Both the position numbers and the translations under genes were made by a program. A stretch of DNA of 64,000 nucleotides from a virus (Duplodnaviria; Caudoviricetes): IMG/VR virus record IMGVR_UViG_2912740531_000001, positions 1-64,000 of that record. One strand, written 5' to 3'. Below are positions 1 to 8,971 of this stretch, piece by piece. Position 1 is the stretch's first letter; the number at the start of each line of letters is the position of its first letter. The notes beneath the pieces were generated by a model. It searched no databases, had not been told where the DNA came from, and worked only from the letters and a program-made list of their open reading frames with translations.

Positions 1-1239
1 TCACGCCGCGTCGCGCATGGGCGATGGCTCGGGCCGTGAGGTCAGACTGGCGGCGAAAGCTCCATAAGTGTCGGCGTGGTCCTTCAACAGGTGGCTGTAC
101 GTACTGCGCAGCATCTCGACTGAGTCGCCTACCCACGCGGCCACGGTGTGCTCGGGGATTCTGTTCTGGAGGCACGTGGAGATGAAGGTGTGCCGGAGGT
201 CATGGAAGGTTGGAAGGTTCCCCTTCTCATCCTTGATCCCTAGCTTCCGCAGCGTGGGCTTCCACAGACATTCGTTGAAGTGGTTCTTGCAGAGGAGGGT
301 GTTGTGTGGCCCCCAGAAGAGGGCCTGTACCGAGCCACGCTGGCAGTCATCGATCTTCTGCTTGTGCTGCCACAGGACGTTTTGTGCGGCCCGCGGAGGG
401 TGGCGGTGCATGTGTTCGTTGAGGGTTTCTTGGAGATACGGGGGGATCGGAACGTCTTTCGTGGTGAGGCGCGGGCTCGTCTTGAGGCGGTCTATGAGCG
501 TGGGCTTGTGACGAGTCTCCTTGGTCTTGAGCACTTGGCGGTGAACGGTGAGCAGCCTTCTGTCTGTGTCGATGACGTCTGTGCACACGGCTAGCGCCTC
601 TGCTTGCCGGACGCCGCAGGCGAAGCCGAGCATCGGGATGGGACGGTAAGGCTCGGGAAACTCGTCATAGATTGCCCAGCACTCGTCTGGGGTGAAGACG
701 TACGACTCCGTCGCGCTTACGTAGGGTCCGGGGACCTCGTATGTGGGGTTGGCGGCGATCCTTCCGTTCTGGAGGGCGTCTCTGATAATCATCTTGAAGA
801 CCTTCCAGTGGCCTTCGGCCGTGCGGTTGGCGAGGTTCTTGTTGGCCTCCATCTCCTGGACCCAGACCTCTACTTGGGCCCGCTTGATGGTCCGCAGGCG
901 CTTGCTTCCCCAGCGAGGGTTGAGGTGTAGGCGAATAGACACCTCATAGTTCACGACGGTGCCTTCCTTGGCGCGGCGCCTGCTGAGCCAGTCGGCAGCC
1001 CACTCTTTGAAGGTCAGGGATGCTTCGGCAGGCTCCGGAGCTACGCCGCTAGCCATGTTGTCCAGAACGGCTTGCGCCTGAGCCTGGGTTATGCCAACTG
1101 ACTCGGGGATAGTGGCTCGTGTGCGGTTACCCTCGGCGTTCGTGAGGTTGTAGGACCAGCTATGGCCGCAGCCGCCCTTCTTGGGGCGGTTCTGGTCGGA
1201 GCAGTCGCACCGCTTGTAGACAGTGGGCTTGCGTGCCAC
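1..1239 (-). CDS. int: Tyrosine recombinase / phage integrase
   Basis: Catalytic motifs GVRQAE, FHDLRHTF and C-terminal TYSH; N-terminal arm-binding and SAM-like regions. Confidence 0.95.
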   Translation of the reverse strand: MARKPTVYKRCDCSDQNRPKKGGCGHSWSYNLTNAEGNRTRATIPESVGITQAQAQAVLDNMASGVAPEPAEASLTFKEWAADWLSRRRAKEGTVVNYEVSIRLHLNPRWGSKRLRTIKRAQVEVWVQEMEANKNLANRTAEGHWKVFKMIIRDALQNGRIAANPTYEVPGPYVSATESYVFTPDECWAIYDEFPEPYRPIPMLGFACGVRQAEALAVCTDVIDTDRRLLTVHRQVLKTKETRHKPTLIDRLKTSPRLTTKDVPIPPYLQETLNEHMHRHPPRAAQNVLWQHKQKIDDCQRGSVQALFWGPHNTLLCKNHFNECLWKPTLRKLGIKDEKGNLPTFHDLRHTFISTCLQNRIPEHTVAAWVGDSVEMLRSTYSHLLKDHADTYGAFAASLTSRPEPSPMRDAA

Positions 1240-1404
1240 GGGATACCTCTCGAGATTCAGTGGGTTCGCGGGTGACTCCCTGGCCAGGGGAGTTTGACTG
1301 TACGTAGGCGCAGCCGTGGCCGGTCAAGCCCGACGGGCGGGGGCTGGACGAGCGGTGATGGACCTTCTATTCGCGGCAATGGCACCTACGTCGGCGTGCG
1401 GGAT

Positions 1405-1590
1405 TCACTCCATGCGCGCTTCTATCCATGCCTCGAAATCGCGCTCCCGGACACGAAGAATGCGATCGCTGACACGTACGACGGGGATATCCCAGTTCCT
1501 GTAGTTGTCGAGCACCGTGCGCTTTGTGACTTCCATTCGCTCGGCAATCGTCTCGAAACTCAGCAATACGTTGGAGCCACCGCGAGCCAT
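1405..1590 (-). CDS. xis: Excisionase-like small HTH protein
   Basis: 61 aa, LLSFETIAERMEVTKRTV...IPVVRVSDRILRVRERDFEAWI pattern; directly upstream of int. Confidence 0.8.
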   Translation of the reverse strand: MARGGSNVLLSFETIAERMEVTKRTVLDNYRNWDIPVVRVSDRILRVRERDFEAWIEARME

Positions 1591-1674
1591 CGTCGTCCTT
1601 GCTTTCTCGTAGGTGTCCCCCGGCGGACCGATCCGGCCGGACGGAGCCGGTTGCGTTCCGCCCGGCACCGATAC

Positions 1675-1704
1675 GTACGTCGATCATCGGAATCTGTTAC
1701 ACCT
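1675..1704 (-). promoter_or_regulatory. ECF-type promoter 1 (xis-int)
   Basis: AGGTGTAAC-N16-CGTAC on the minus strand; same motif at 10592 and 62707. Confidence 0.7.
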
Positions 1705-2068
1705 CTGCGAGGCCCGCCGGTCTCCAGCGCGATGAAGTCGCTTCGTGGTGGTGACGGTTGGGATGGACGGGTTGCCCTCGAGATCGATGGCGGCGGGGTG
1801 GTGGCGTTCGTTGGGCATCGCAACATGGGCGCGGCAAATCGGGCGCACGGCCGGGGCGTCTGCGACGGCCGGGGCATACCCGCACCGCGTGGCAGCGAAG
1901 GTTGCGCGCCATCGCTGATCTGTTCGATGCGTTCTGTGACTGATTGGTTATGCTGCCTCGGTGCCGCATCGGAACGTGATCGTCCGTTGGTGGGGAGACC
2001 GTGGTGGTTGGTCCGAGGGCGGCGCTGTAGTTGATGACCACAGCACCGGCTTGGGGGGATAGCACGCC

Positions 2069-2737
2069 GTGACCGACATTCTGGAGGCCCTGGTCGCACG
2101 CGCCGTAGCAGGCGGGGACGACGGGGCTGACGCCATTGGGGCGTTATACGACGAGCTCAATGACACCGTGTACCACTGGGTGCGGTTCTACATCCGGGAC
2201 GGACACGTCGCGGAGGATTTGTGTCAGGAAGTGTGGCTGAAGGTCGCCCAGAACATCAGCAAGTACCGCGCGGGGACGTGTCTGCTGGCCTGGCTGCGCA
2301 CGATCACTAAGAACACCGCGCTTGACTACCTGCGCTCGGTGCAGCGGCGCCCCTCGGAAGTGCTGTACGCCGACCACCTTGAGCTCGACCGGCCGCGCTT
2401 CGATCAGAACCCGGAAGAGCACGCCGAACGGCGCGCACTGGCCCAGGCTGTTGCCTATCACCTGCAAAAATTGCGCCATGAGCAGCGGCAGGTCCTGATC
2501 CTGCGGTTCTTCGACGGGCTAACTCCGGGGCAGACTGCGCAGATCATGGGGAAGTCGGATGGCGCTGTCCGTACCCTCACGGTGCGAGCGCTGCGCAAGC
2601 TCGCCGCAGTCATGCCGGCAGGGGAGTCGTCTTCCGAATTGGTCGAAGAGCTGCTGTCGGCGGCAGCGGGCGGACATAGAGTTGTCGGAACACGGGTTGA
2701 TGCACGAGAGGCGAGGGTGCATGTCGCGACGCGCTGA
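2069..2737 (+). CDS. ECF sigma factor, BldN-like
   Basis: Region 2 (LYDELNDTVYHW...AEDLCQEVW...AWLRTITKN) and region 4 (VLILRFFDGLTPGQTAQIMGKSDGAVRTL) resemble Streptomyces BldN as recalled. TTA codon at 2144-2146. Confidence 0.9.
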   Translation: MTDILEALVARAVAGGDDGADAIGALYDELNDTVYHWVRFYIRDGHVAEDLCQEVWLKVAQNISKYRAGTCLLAWLRTITKNTALDYLRSVQRRPSEVLYADHLELDRPRFDQNPEEHAERRALAQAVAYHLQKLRHEQRQVLILRFFDGLTPGQTAQIMGKSDGAVRTLTVRALRKLAAVMPAGESSSELVEELLSAAAGGHRVVGTRVDAREARVHVATR

Positions 2738-3107
2738 CCAGAGTGAGCGCTTGGAGCGGGCGCTGGAAGGCGGGCCCATCCCTCATGATGAGGAGACCCG
2801 CCAGATGCTGGCTGCCGCGGGTGCACTGCATCCCGGCTACCAACGCAGTCCCTCGCGGGTGCGCGATGCCAGAGAGGCAATGCTCCGTGCGTACGCGCGT
2901 ACCCAGAACGCGCAGGAGACGCGGGAGGACGCGGGATCCGGTGACGGCCTGGACGAGCCGGAGCTTCATCGTGAGGAGATTGAACTGCCCGACGGTGGGC
3001 AGCTCGTGCTCACGGACATCGAAGACATCACACCGGAGCGTGCCCAGAAGATGGCCGACCGCGTCGCTCGCATCCTGAACAGCAAGGAAAGAGACCACCA
3101 GAGTTGA
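2721..3107 (+). CDS. Putative anti-sigma factor (RsbN N-terminus-like)
   Basis: ATG at 2721 overlaps the sigma 3' end. Helical N-terminus RRADQSERLERAL...MLAAAGAL...RVRDAREAML is reminiscent of anti-sigma domains. Confidence 0.55.
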   Translation: MSRRADQSERLERALEGGPIPHDEETRQMLAAAGALHPGYQRSPSRVRDAREAMLRAYARTQNAQETREDAGSGDGLDEPELHREEIELPDGGQLVLTDIEDITPERAQKMADRVARILNSKERDHQS

Positions 3108-3147
3108 GCAGCGCAATACCGGAGGGCTTCGGCGTCTGGGGGCAGCC

Positions 3148-4770
3148 ATGACCGAGTCGCAGCCTCGTGTCCGGATCCACATCTTCACTCCCGAGGACGA
3201 GGACGAGGACGACCTCACTGACCTGGGCCTCGTCAATGTTGGAGGCGAGCGCCTCCTGTTCCTGAAGCCTCAGAGCTTCGATTCGGCTGTTCGGCAGGTG
3301 CGTTCCGCATTGCCGGATCTCCCGCTGGAGCAGGTTGAGCGCTTGTTGCGCGAGCACCAGGAGTTCAAGGACTTCGAGGAACTGCTGGGGACGGCCAAGT
3401 CAGTTTCGCCCTTGGACATCACCCCTATGCTCGACGAGCCTCGCCTGCCGGGACGTCTGCGCGGCCGCACAAAACGATGGGTGATCGCTGCTGCGCTGGC
3501 GCCTGCGCTCGCGGGGAGTTGGGCACTGGGCTACTTCAGCGCCGGCAGCCCGGCAGGAACTTCAGCGAGTGTGCCGGACAAGAGCCCGTCGCCGAGTGCC
3601 ACCGACGCTTCGGCCGTGCGGCCCGCAGCGAAGCCGTTCGTCGGCCCGGAGTTCATGGACTTCTCCAAGGCTGGGCAGATCGACTGCAAGCCGATCGCCA
3701 ACCTCGAAGCGGAGTGCACGGACGCGGACGGCATGGTGATGTCGAGTAAGGCAGCGATCGGGCCGGACAGCACGATCTTCACCTTCTCGTACGGTTCGGA
3801 GCAGATAGGGCTGAGAATCTTCGGAGACGCGACCTACGCGGAGACGTGGGCCCGGCAGGACGGTACGACCGAGCTATACCCTAACCTCACCCGCTCCGGC
3901 CGGTACGTGCTCTGGGGCACGGACAAGAAGCGGTTGTCGGAGTACACGGAATTGCTCCAGGCCGCGAATGCTAGCTCCTCGACTAGACCGCACATGATGC
4001 GTTCGGCGGCACCGCTCCCGCCCCGTCTGGCCGCGCTCACCCTAGGCACCTTGGGGCTTGGCGAAGGGGACGTGGCGACCATCCTGCACTCGCCGCGCAG
4101 CGCGCCGCTCGCCGAGCCCGTACTCCTAGCTGCGCAAGCAGTGCTCGGTGTCCAAACAACCGTTCCGCGGTTCACGGGTGGCGATGACATCGTCGCGATT
4201 GCCGCCGGTCTTGATCGGCCGCCTGTGGTGTCCCCGGCCGAGCACACCACGGACATGGACCCCCCTACGGTCCCGATCGTGCCCCGGGGCACTCAGCCCA
4301 CGCCGATCGAGAACACCGAAGGGACGCAGCCGACTACGTCGACGCCGGCTCCTGCGGAAGAGCCGACCGCGGAAGGACCCCAGGCCGAGCAGCCGACATC
4401 AACGCCTGCTCCGGTCGAGTCAACAGCGCCGGAACAGTCCACACCTCCAGCAACGTCGGCCCCCGAGCCGTCGACTCCCCCGGCCTCCGATCCGGTCGAG
4501 GAGACGACTGCAGTCCCGGAGCCCACGGCTGTGGATGAGACCCAGACCGACGAAGGCTCCGGCCCGGTCGAGGAAACTCCGGCCGCCCCGGAGAGCCCGG
4601 CGCTGTCTGACGAGGGCTCAGCCCTGGTGGAGGAGACTCCGGCCCCCGTGGACCTGCCCGTGGATACCGCCGCTCCCACCGAGGAGCCGTCTCCCGCGGA
4701 TCCGAGCACGGGGCAGAGCGTGGACGACCTGCTGATCCTGGACTCGGCCTGGACGGTCGCAACCGCCTGA
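3148..4770 (+). CDS. Single-pass membrane protein with Pro/Thr/Glu-rich C-terminal tail
   Basis: TM-like WVIAAALAPALAGSWALGYF after basic residues; Cys pair in the external domain; low-complexity tail. Confidence 0.8.
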   Translation: MTESQPRVRIHIFTPEDEDEDDLTDLGLVNVGGERLLFLKPQSFDSAVRQVRSALPDLPLEQVERLLREHQEFKDFEELLGTAKSVSPLDITPMLDEPRLPGRLRGRTKRWVIAAALAPALAGSWALGYFSAGSPAGTSASVPDKSPSPSATDASAVRPAAKPFVGPEFMDFSKAGQIDCKPIANLEAECTDADGMVMSSKAAIGPDSTIFTFSYGSEQIGLRIFGDATYAETWARQDGTTELYPNLTRSGRYVLWGTDKKRLSEYTELLQAANASSSTRPHMMRSAAPLPPRLAALTLGTLGLGEGDVATILHSPRSAPLAEPVLLAAQAVLGVQTTVPRFTGGDDIVAIAAGLDRPPVVSPAEHTTDMDPPTVPIVPRGTQPTPIENTEGTQPTTSTPAPAEEPTAEGPQAEQPTSTPAPVESTAPEQSTPPATSAPEPSTPPASDPVEETTAVPEPTAVDETQTDEGSGPVEETPAAPESPALSDEGSALVEETPAPVDLPVDTAAPTEEPSPADPSTGQSVDDLLILDSAWTVATA

Positions 4771-4777
4771 ACAGCCA

Positions 4778-4809
4778 GAGGGGGCCCGGACTGATGTCCG
4801 GGCCCCCTC
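4778..4809. terminator. Hairpin between convergent genes
   Basis: GAGGGGGCCCGGAC-TGAT-GTCCGGGCCCCCTC perfect stem. Confidence 0.8.
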
Positions 4810-4821
4810 GGTGTACACGGG

Positions 4822-5274
4822 TCAGAACGGCGGTTCGTCCCGGTGCGGCGCGGCCCACGCGTCGTCGGCTGCGGGACGGTTGTGCACCGCGGCGGGGTGC
4901 TGCGCGCTGCCCCCAGTCTTGGTGACCTTCGCGGTGGCGTTGCGCAGGCTGGCTCCGACTTCCTCGACGTCCAGCTCGTAGACCGTGCGGTTGACGCCCT
5001 CACGGTCCTCGTAGGAGCGCTGCTTGAAGCGTCCCTGGACGATGACGCGCAAGCCCCGTATAAAGGACTCGGCGACGTTCTCGGCCGCCTGGCGCCACAC
5101 GGCGCAGGTAAGGAACAGGCTTTCGCCGTCCTTCCACCCGTTGGTCTGTCGGTCGAAGGTGCGTGGGGTGGAGGCGATGCGGAACTTGGCCACCGCGGCG
5201 CCGGAGGGGGTGAAGCGGAGTTCGGGGTCGTCGACCAGGTTCCCGACGACGGTGATGACGGTCTCGCCTGCCAC
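4822..5274 (-). CDS. ssb: Single-stranded DNA-binding protein
   Basis: [25 protein letters not shown] start and C-terminal DEPPF. Confidence 0.97.
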   Translation of the reverse strand: MAGETVITVVGNLVDDPELRFTPSGAAVAKFRIASTPRTFDRQTNGWKDGESLFLTCAVWRQAAENVAESFIRGLRVIVQGRFKQRSYEDREGVNRTVYELDVEEVGASLRNATAKVTKTGGSAQHPAAVHNRPAADDAWAAPHRDEPPF

Positions 5275-5329
5275 GGACAGGGCCTTTCAGGGTTGGGGCC
5301 GCCCGCGCGGGTGCGGGCGGCCGGGAAGG

Positions 5330-6388
5330 TCAGGCGAACAGGCGCTTCCAGGTCTCGGGCCCCGGGATGCCGTCGGCGTCGCTACCGGTCCAGCCCTGGG
5401 CACGCTGGAAGGCCTCGACGTTCTTGCGGTCGGCGTCGGACCACCTCGGGCCAGGTCCCTGGGTGTAGAACCTGCCGAAGCCCTTCCGGACGAGCTGCTG
5501 CCCGAGCAGGGTGACGCTCGCGTTGCTCTTGCCGGGCCCGAACTTGCCCCGGCCCGGGAACGGGGGCGTCGGCTTCGCCGTGACCTTGGACGGCAGGGTG
5601 CCCAGCAGCTTCTTGAGGGACGTCTTGCCGGGGACACCGTCCGCCGCCGTGCCGGAGTAGCCGAGGGACTCCTGGAAGTCCTGGTAGTTCAGGGTGTCGG
5701 CGTCCGTCCACGTGGGGCCCGGCCCGCTGGTGTAGTGCCTGCTGAACCCCTTCCTCACCAGGGCCTGGCCGACCTTGGTGACCTGAGTGCCCTTGGCGCC
5801 GTAGCCGTACGCCAGGCCGTTGATGGTGACCTGGTAGCGGGCGGCCCCGGAGCTCGAGCCGCTGCCCGGGAGAGAGCCGCCCGGGTCCGGCGCCGCGTCG
5901 TAGTCTCCGGCCGGCATGCCCGCCTGCACCCAGGTGTAGAGCCTGGTGCCGGGGCACGCGGTTGCGAACCCGTCGCGGTGACCGCGCTTGGCCAGCGTGC
6001 GTCCGGTCTTCCTGCACGCCTCCTCGTACAGGGCACGGCACGCGGCGAGCGCCTTGGCGCTGGGCGCCTGGTCGCCGCCGATGGCGATCTGGACACCGAT
6101 GCCGCTGATGTTGTGGTTGGGGCAGTGGGCGCCCTGCAGGGTCCAGCCCCGACCCTCGTAGATGTTCCCGGCCTGGTCGATGACGAAGTTGTAGCCGACG
6201 CCGGACCAGCCCTGGTTGATGTGCCCGGCCTCGATGGCGCGCATGATGGCGTAGCCGGTGCGGGTGATCGGGGTGCCGCCGTCGTAGTGGACGAAGAACT
6301 CGGTGCGCTTCGACAGCGAAACGGTGGCCGGGGCGCCGTTCCAGGGCTTAGCGCCCCAGGTGGCGCGAGAGATGATCTTGATGGTCAT
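5330..6388 (-). CDS. Endolysin: PGRP-like N-acetylmuramoyl-L-alanine amidase with two peptidoglycan-binding repeats
   Basis: HYDG, GYNFVI...YEGRGW, GAHC and GHRD..ATACPG motifs; duplicated C-terminal ...GPGPxWxDAD...FQ...ADGxPG repeats. Confidence 0.92.
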   Translation of the reverse strand: MTIKIISRATWGAKPWNGAPATVSLSKRTEFFVHYDGGTPITRTGYAIMRAIEAGHINQGWSGVGYNFVIDQAGNIYEGRGWTLQGAHCPNHNISGIGVQIAIGGDQAPSAKALAACRALYEEACRKTGRTLAKRGHRDGFATACPGTRLYTWVQAGMPAGDYDAAPDPGGSLPGSGSSSGAARYQVTINGLAYGYGAKGTQVTKVGQALVRKGFSRHYTSGPGPTWTDADTLNYQDFQESLGYSGTAADGVPGKTSLKKLLGTLPSKVTAKPTPPFPGRGKFGPGKSNASVTLLGQQLVRKGFGRFYTQGPGPRWSDADRKNVEAFQRAQGWTGSDADGIPGPETWKRLFA

Positions 6389-6428
6389 GGGGGGTGGTGC
6401 CTTCCGCTCTGGTGATCAAGTGGAGGGC

Positions 6429-6458
6429 ACCGTGCAGGGTGCGACTGGTTAACGTCGC
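6429..6458 (-). promoter_or_regulatory. Late-type promoter motif (endolysin)
   Basis: GCGACG-TTAAC..N18-CACGGT. Confidence 0.7.
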
Positions 6459-6528
6459 GTGCTGCGCCTACCGGCCTTGGAGAACACCGGTGCAGCGGTC
6501 ATTGGCTAGATTGATCTTGAGCGGTGGA

Positions 6529-6555
6529 AGGGCCCGTTATCGTGATACGGGCCCT
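6529..6555 (-). terminator. Hairpin downstream of the interrupted small gene
   Basis: AGGGCCCGT-N9-ACGGGCCCT. Confidence 0.6.
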
Positions 6556-6710
6556 TCGCGATCGGATGCTAGTCAGCGCTGGTGCTCGAACCAGAGGACT
6601 AGGTGTGCCGTCACATGAGGTTGGTGCCACGACCGCGATCACCGCGCAGCCGGTGCCCCGGTTTCCGGCTTTCCCCCTGCACTGCCGGGTCGGCTGGCTA
6701 CCGTCTTCGT

Positions 6711-7118
6711 ATGACGTGGTGGCAGGCGGCCCTTTGGGGCCTGGCCGGCGGAGGAGCGGCCTCGGTGCTGTCCTTCACGACGGCCGTAGTGTCGTCCGGG
6801 TACTCCTGGCCCTGGAGGAAGAAGATAGACGCCGGGGAACCGTCTGGGGAGTTGGGGCCGCGGCTGTTCGTGCTGGCCGCCGGGGCCGTGCTGGGCGCCG
6901 CGGTTGCGGCCGCCGCGCACGACCAGATCAGCGGCCCCTGGCCAGCCTTCATCTTCGGCGTCGGTGCCCCCGCCACACTCCGCGGCCTGCTCTCCGGCGT
7001 CGAGGTCGCCCCCCGCACCTACCCCGCGCCACCCCCTGGGCCCGCGTCGGCCTCGTCCGCGCCGCGCACGGCCCTGCCCGCCCCCGGCCCGGGAGAGGTC
7101 CGTGAAGACGCACCCTGA
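6711..7118 (+). CDS. Small multi-pass membrane protein
   Basis: Hydrophobic segments (WWQAALWGLAGG..., LFVLAAGAVLGAAVAAA, WPAFIFGVGA); overlaps the next gene. Confidence 0.7.
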   Translation: MTWWQAALWGLAGGGAASVLSFTTAVVSSGYSWPWRKKIDAGEPSGELGPRLFVLAAGAVLGAAVAAAAHDQISGPWPAFIFGVGAPATLRGLLSGVEVAPRTYPAPPPGPASASSAPRTALPAPGPGEVREDAP

Positions 7119-8037
7119 CACCCCGCTCGGCCGCATCGCGCTGGCCGCCCGCCCCGCCCGGCCGTGGCTGCACATCCGCGCCTCCCGCTGGTGGCGCCGT
7201 GTCCTGCTCGCCGCCGGCGCGCGGCAAGCGCCGTGGGCGGGGAAGAACTGGCGCGGCGCAGACCTGCGCGGCGCGGACCTGGCCGGCGTGGACCTGACCG
7301 ACGCGAACTTGACCCGCGTGTTCCTGAGCGGCGCGGACCTGACCTACGCGTTCCTGAGCGGCGCGAACCTGACCCACGCGGAAGTGCGCGGCGCGAACCT
7401 GAGCCACGCGGACGTGCGCGAAGCGAACCTGACCGACGCGGACCTGACCGATGCGGACCTGCGCAGCGCGAACCTGCGTGGCGCGAACCTGCCCCGTGCG
7501 TTCCTGCGTGGCGCGAACCTGCGCCGTGCGAACCTGGCCGACGTGGACCTGGCCGGCGCGAACCTGATCGACGCGAAGCTGCGCGGCGCGAACCTGCGCG
7601 GCGCGAACCTGACCCGCGCGAACCTGGACGGCGCGAACCTGAACGGCGCGAACCTGATCCGCGTGGACCTGCGCGGCGCGTTCCTGCGTGGCGCGAACCT
7701 GCCCCGTGCGTTCCTGAGCGGCGCGGACCTGACCCGCGCGGACCTGGACGGCGCGGACCTGGACGGCGCGGACCTGACCGACACGTACTTGACTGGCGCG
7801 AAACTGACCGGCGCGAACCTGCGCGGCGCGGACGTGAGCGGCGCGAACCTGGCCGACGTGAACCTGGCCGACGCGGACTTTGTGGATTTGACTTGGTCAG
7901 AGCAGACAATTTGGCCCGATACGCTTGCCGTGCAGATGCGGGCGCGCTCTGTACCGCTCGGGAGCGGCAAGTGGCGTGTGCAAGGGGCTGGCAACAGCGG
8001 AGCCGACCTGGAAGCACCGCCTCTGCCCATGCGTTGA
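7102..8037 (+). CDS. Pentapeptide repeat protein
   Basis: About 40 tandem A[DN]Lxx repeats (15 bp DNA period, ~7255-7880). Confidence 0.92.
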   Translation: MKTHPDTPLGRIALAARPARPWLHIRASRWWRRVLLAAGARQAPWAGKNWRGADLRGADLAGVDLTDANLTRVFLSGADLTYAFLSGANLTHAEVRGANLSHADVREANLTDADLTDADLRSANLRGANLPRAFLRGANLRRANLADVDLAGANLIDAKLRGANLRGANLTRANLDGANLNGANLIRVDLRGAFLRGANLPRAFLSGADLTRADLDGADLDGADLTDTYLTGAKLTGANLRGADVSGANLADVNLADADFVDLTWSEQTIWPDTLAVQMRARSVPLGSGKWRVQGAGNSGADLEAPPLPMR

Positions 8038-8971
8038 CGGCGACCACCACCGGCCTGTGACAGCCGAGACCGCGGCGTGCCCGCGTGCCGTGGCACCAAC
8101 CTCATGAGACGACACAACTGATACGGAGGCTGACGGCACCGCTACCGACGCCGTACGAGGCATCCCGGATCAAATTGCTCTTCACATCCTGGCCGTGCTG
8201 CGCAGCCTTCCGTGCAGCCCACACGCGCAGGCCTCGGATCCAACGCATCCATGGATGCGTTGGGGTGGGGGCATTGCTAGGCTTGCTCACGGTGTTCCCT
8301 TCACTTCCTTTCACTACCTGATTGGGTGGGGCATCACGCAGAGAGCCCCCTGACGCTGGCCTGAGAAACTCGCGTTATGGCGGGGCTCCTGCTGTTTCAG
8401 CAGTGTAGTGAGCGGCGAAGCCAGCGTGGTCAGTCGGCGTAACACAACTACCCTCTGCGCTCCTGACTGTGACGTTGCGTCACCTTTTTCGCGTTGATTC
8501 GCGACGCAACACGGCGGAACGCAGCTCTCCATACTTCTGCTGTGCGTCTCGTCACACTTGGCGGGGCCCTCCTCCTGTGGCGGGACGACGTACACCGTAG
8601 GGAGTCGGATCGGCCACCGCACAAAGCCGCCGCCACTCTCGGCCACCAGCTACCTTTTCGCACGTCACAGCGGGGGAGTAGCGGCGAGTTTCATCTAGTT
8701 ACCGCGAGGGAGCGAACTGAGGCCAACTAGAGCTAGGTAGGGTCAACTGCGGTTTTCCAGAATGGCTGAATCGCGTAGGAAAGCCTCATAGTGAGACCCC
8801 GGGGGTGACCGTGAACACCTCGTCTGCGTCCCACTCGCCGAGAACCTCGTCAAAGTGCCTGGATTCAGCATGTTTTCGCGGCGCCACGCGTACTCTGCCT
8901 CGCAGGCCTAGGCGTCGGGTCAGAAGACCGTTCGGGCGTCACAGAGCTGACCTGTCAATAGCGTCTCCTCG

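Larger units (their letters stand above)
6604..8124. mobile_element. Non-autonomous insert with 28 bp inverted repeats and a duplicated GG
   Basis: IRs at 6604-6631 and 8089-8116 (26/28 identical); GG at 6602-6603 and 8125-8126; no transposase inside. Confidence 0.7.
6573..8290 (-). pseudogene. 64 aa small membrane protein gene split by the 6604-8124 insert
   Basis: Joining 8290-8126 to 6602-6573 gives in-frame MSKPS...YGVGSGAVSL|LVLWFEHQR*, with an RBS upstream of 8290. Confidence 0.7.

Noticed and set aside
7255-7880. Regular short repeats resembling a CRISPR array
   Set aside because: 15 bp period with no unique spacers; it is the coding sequence of pentapeptide repeats, and no cas genes are present.
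8438-8465. CGTAAC as a fourth ECF-type promoter
   Set aside because: No CGT at the 16 nt spacing and no convincing downstream gene.
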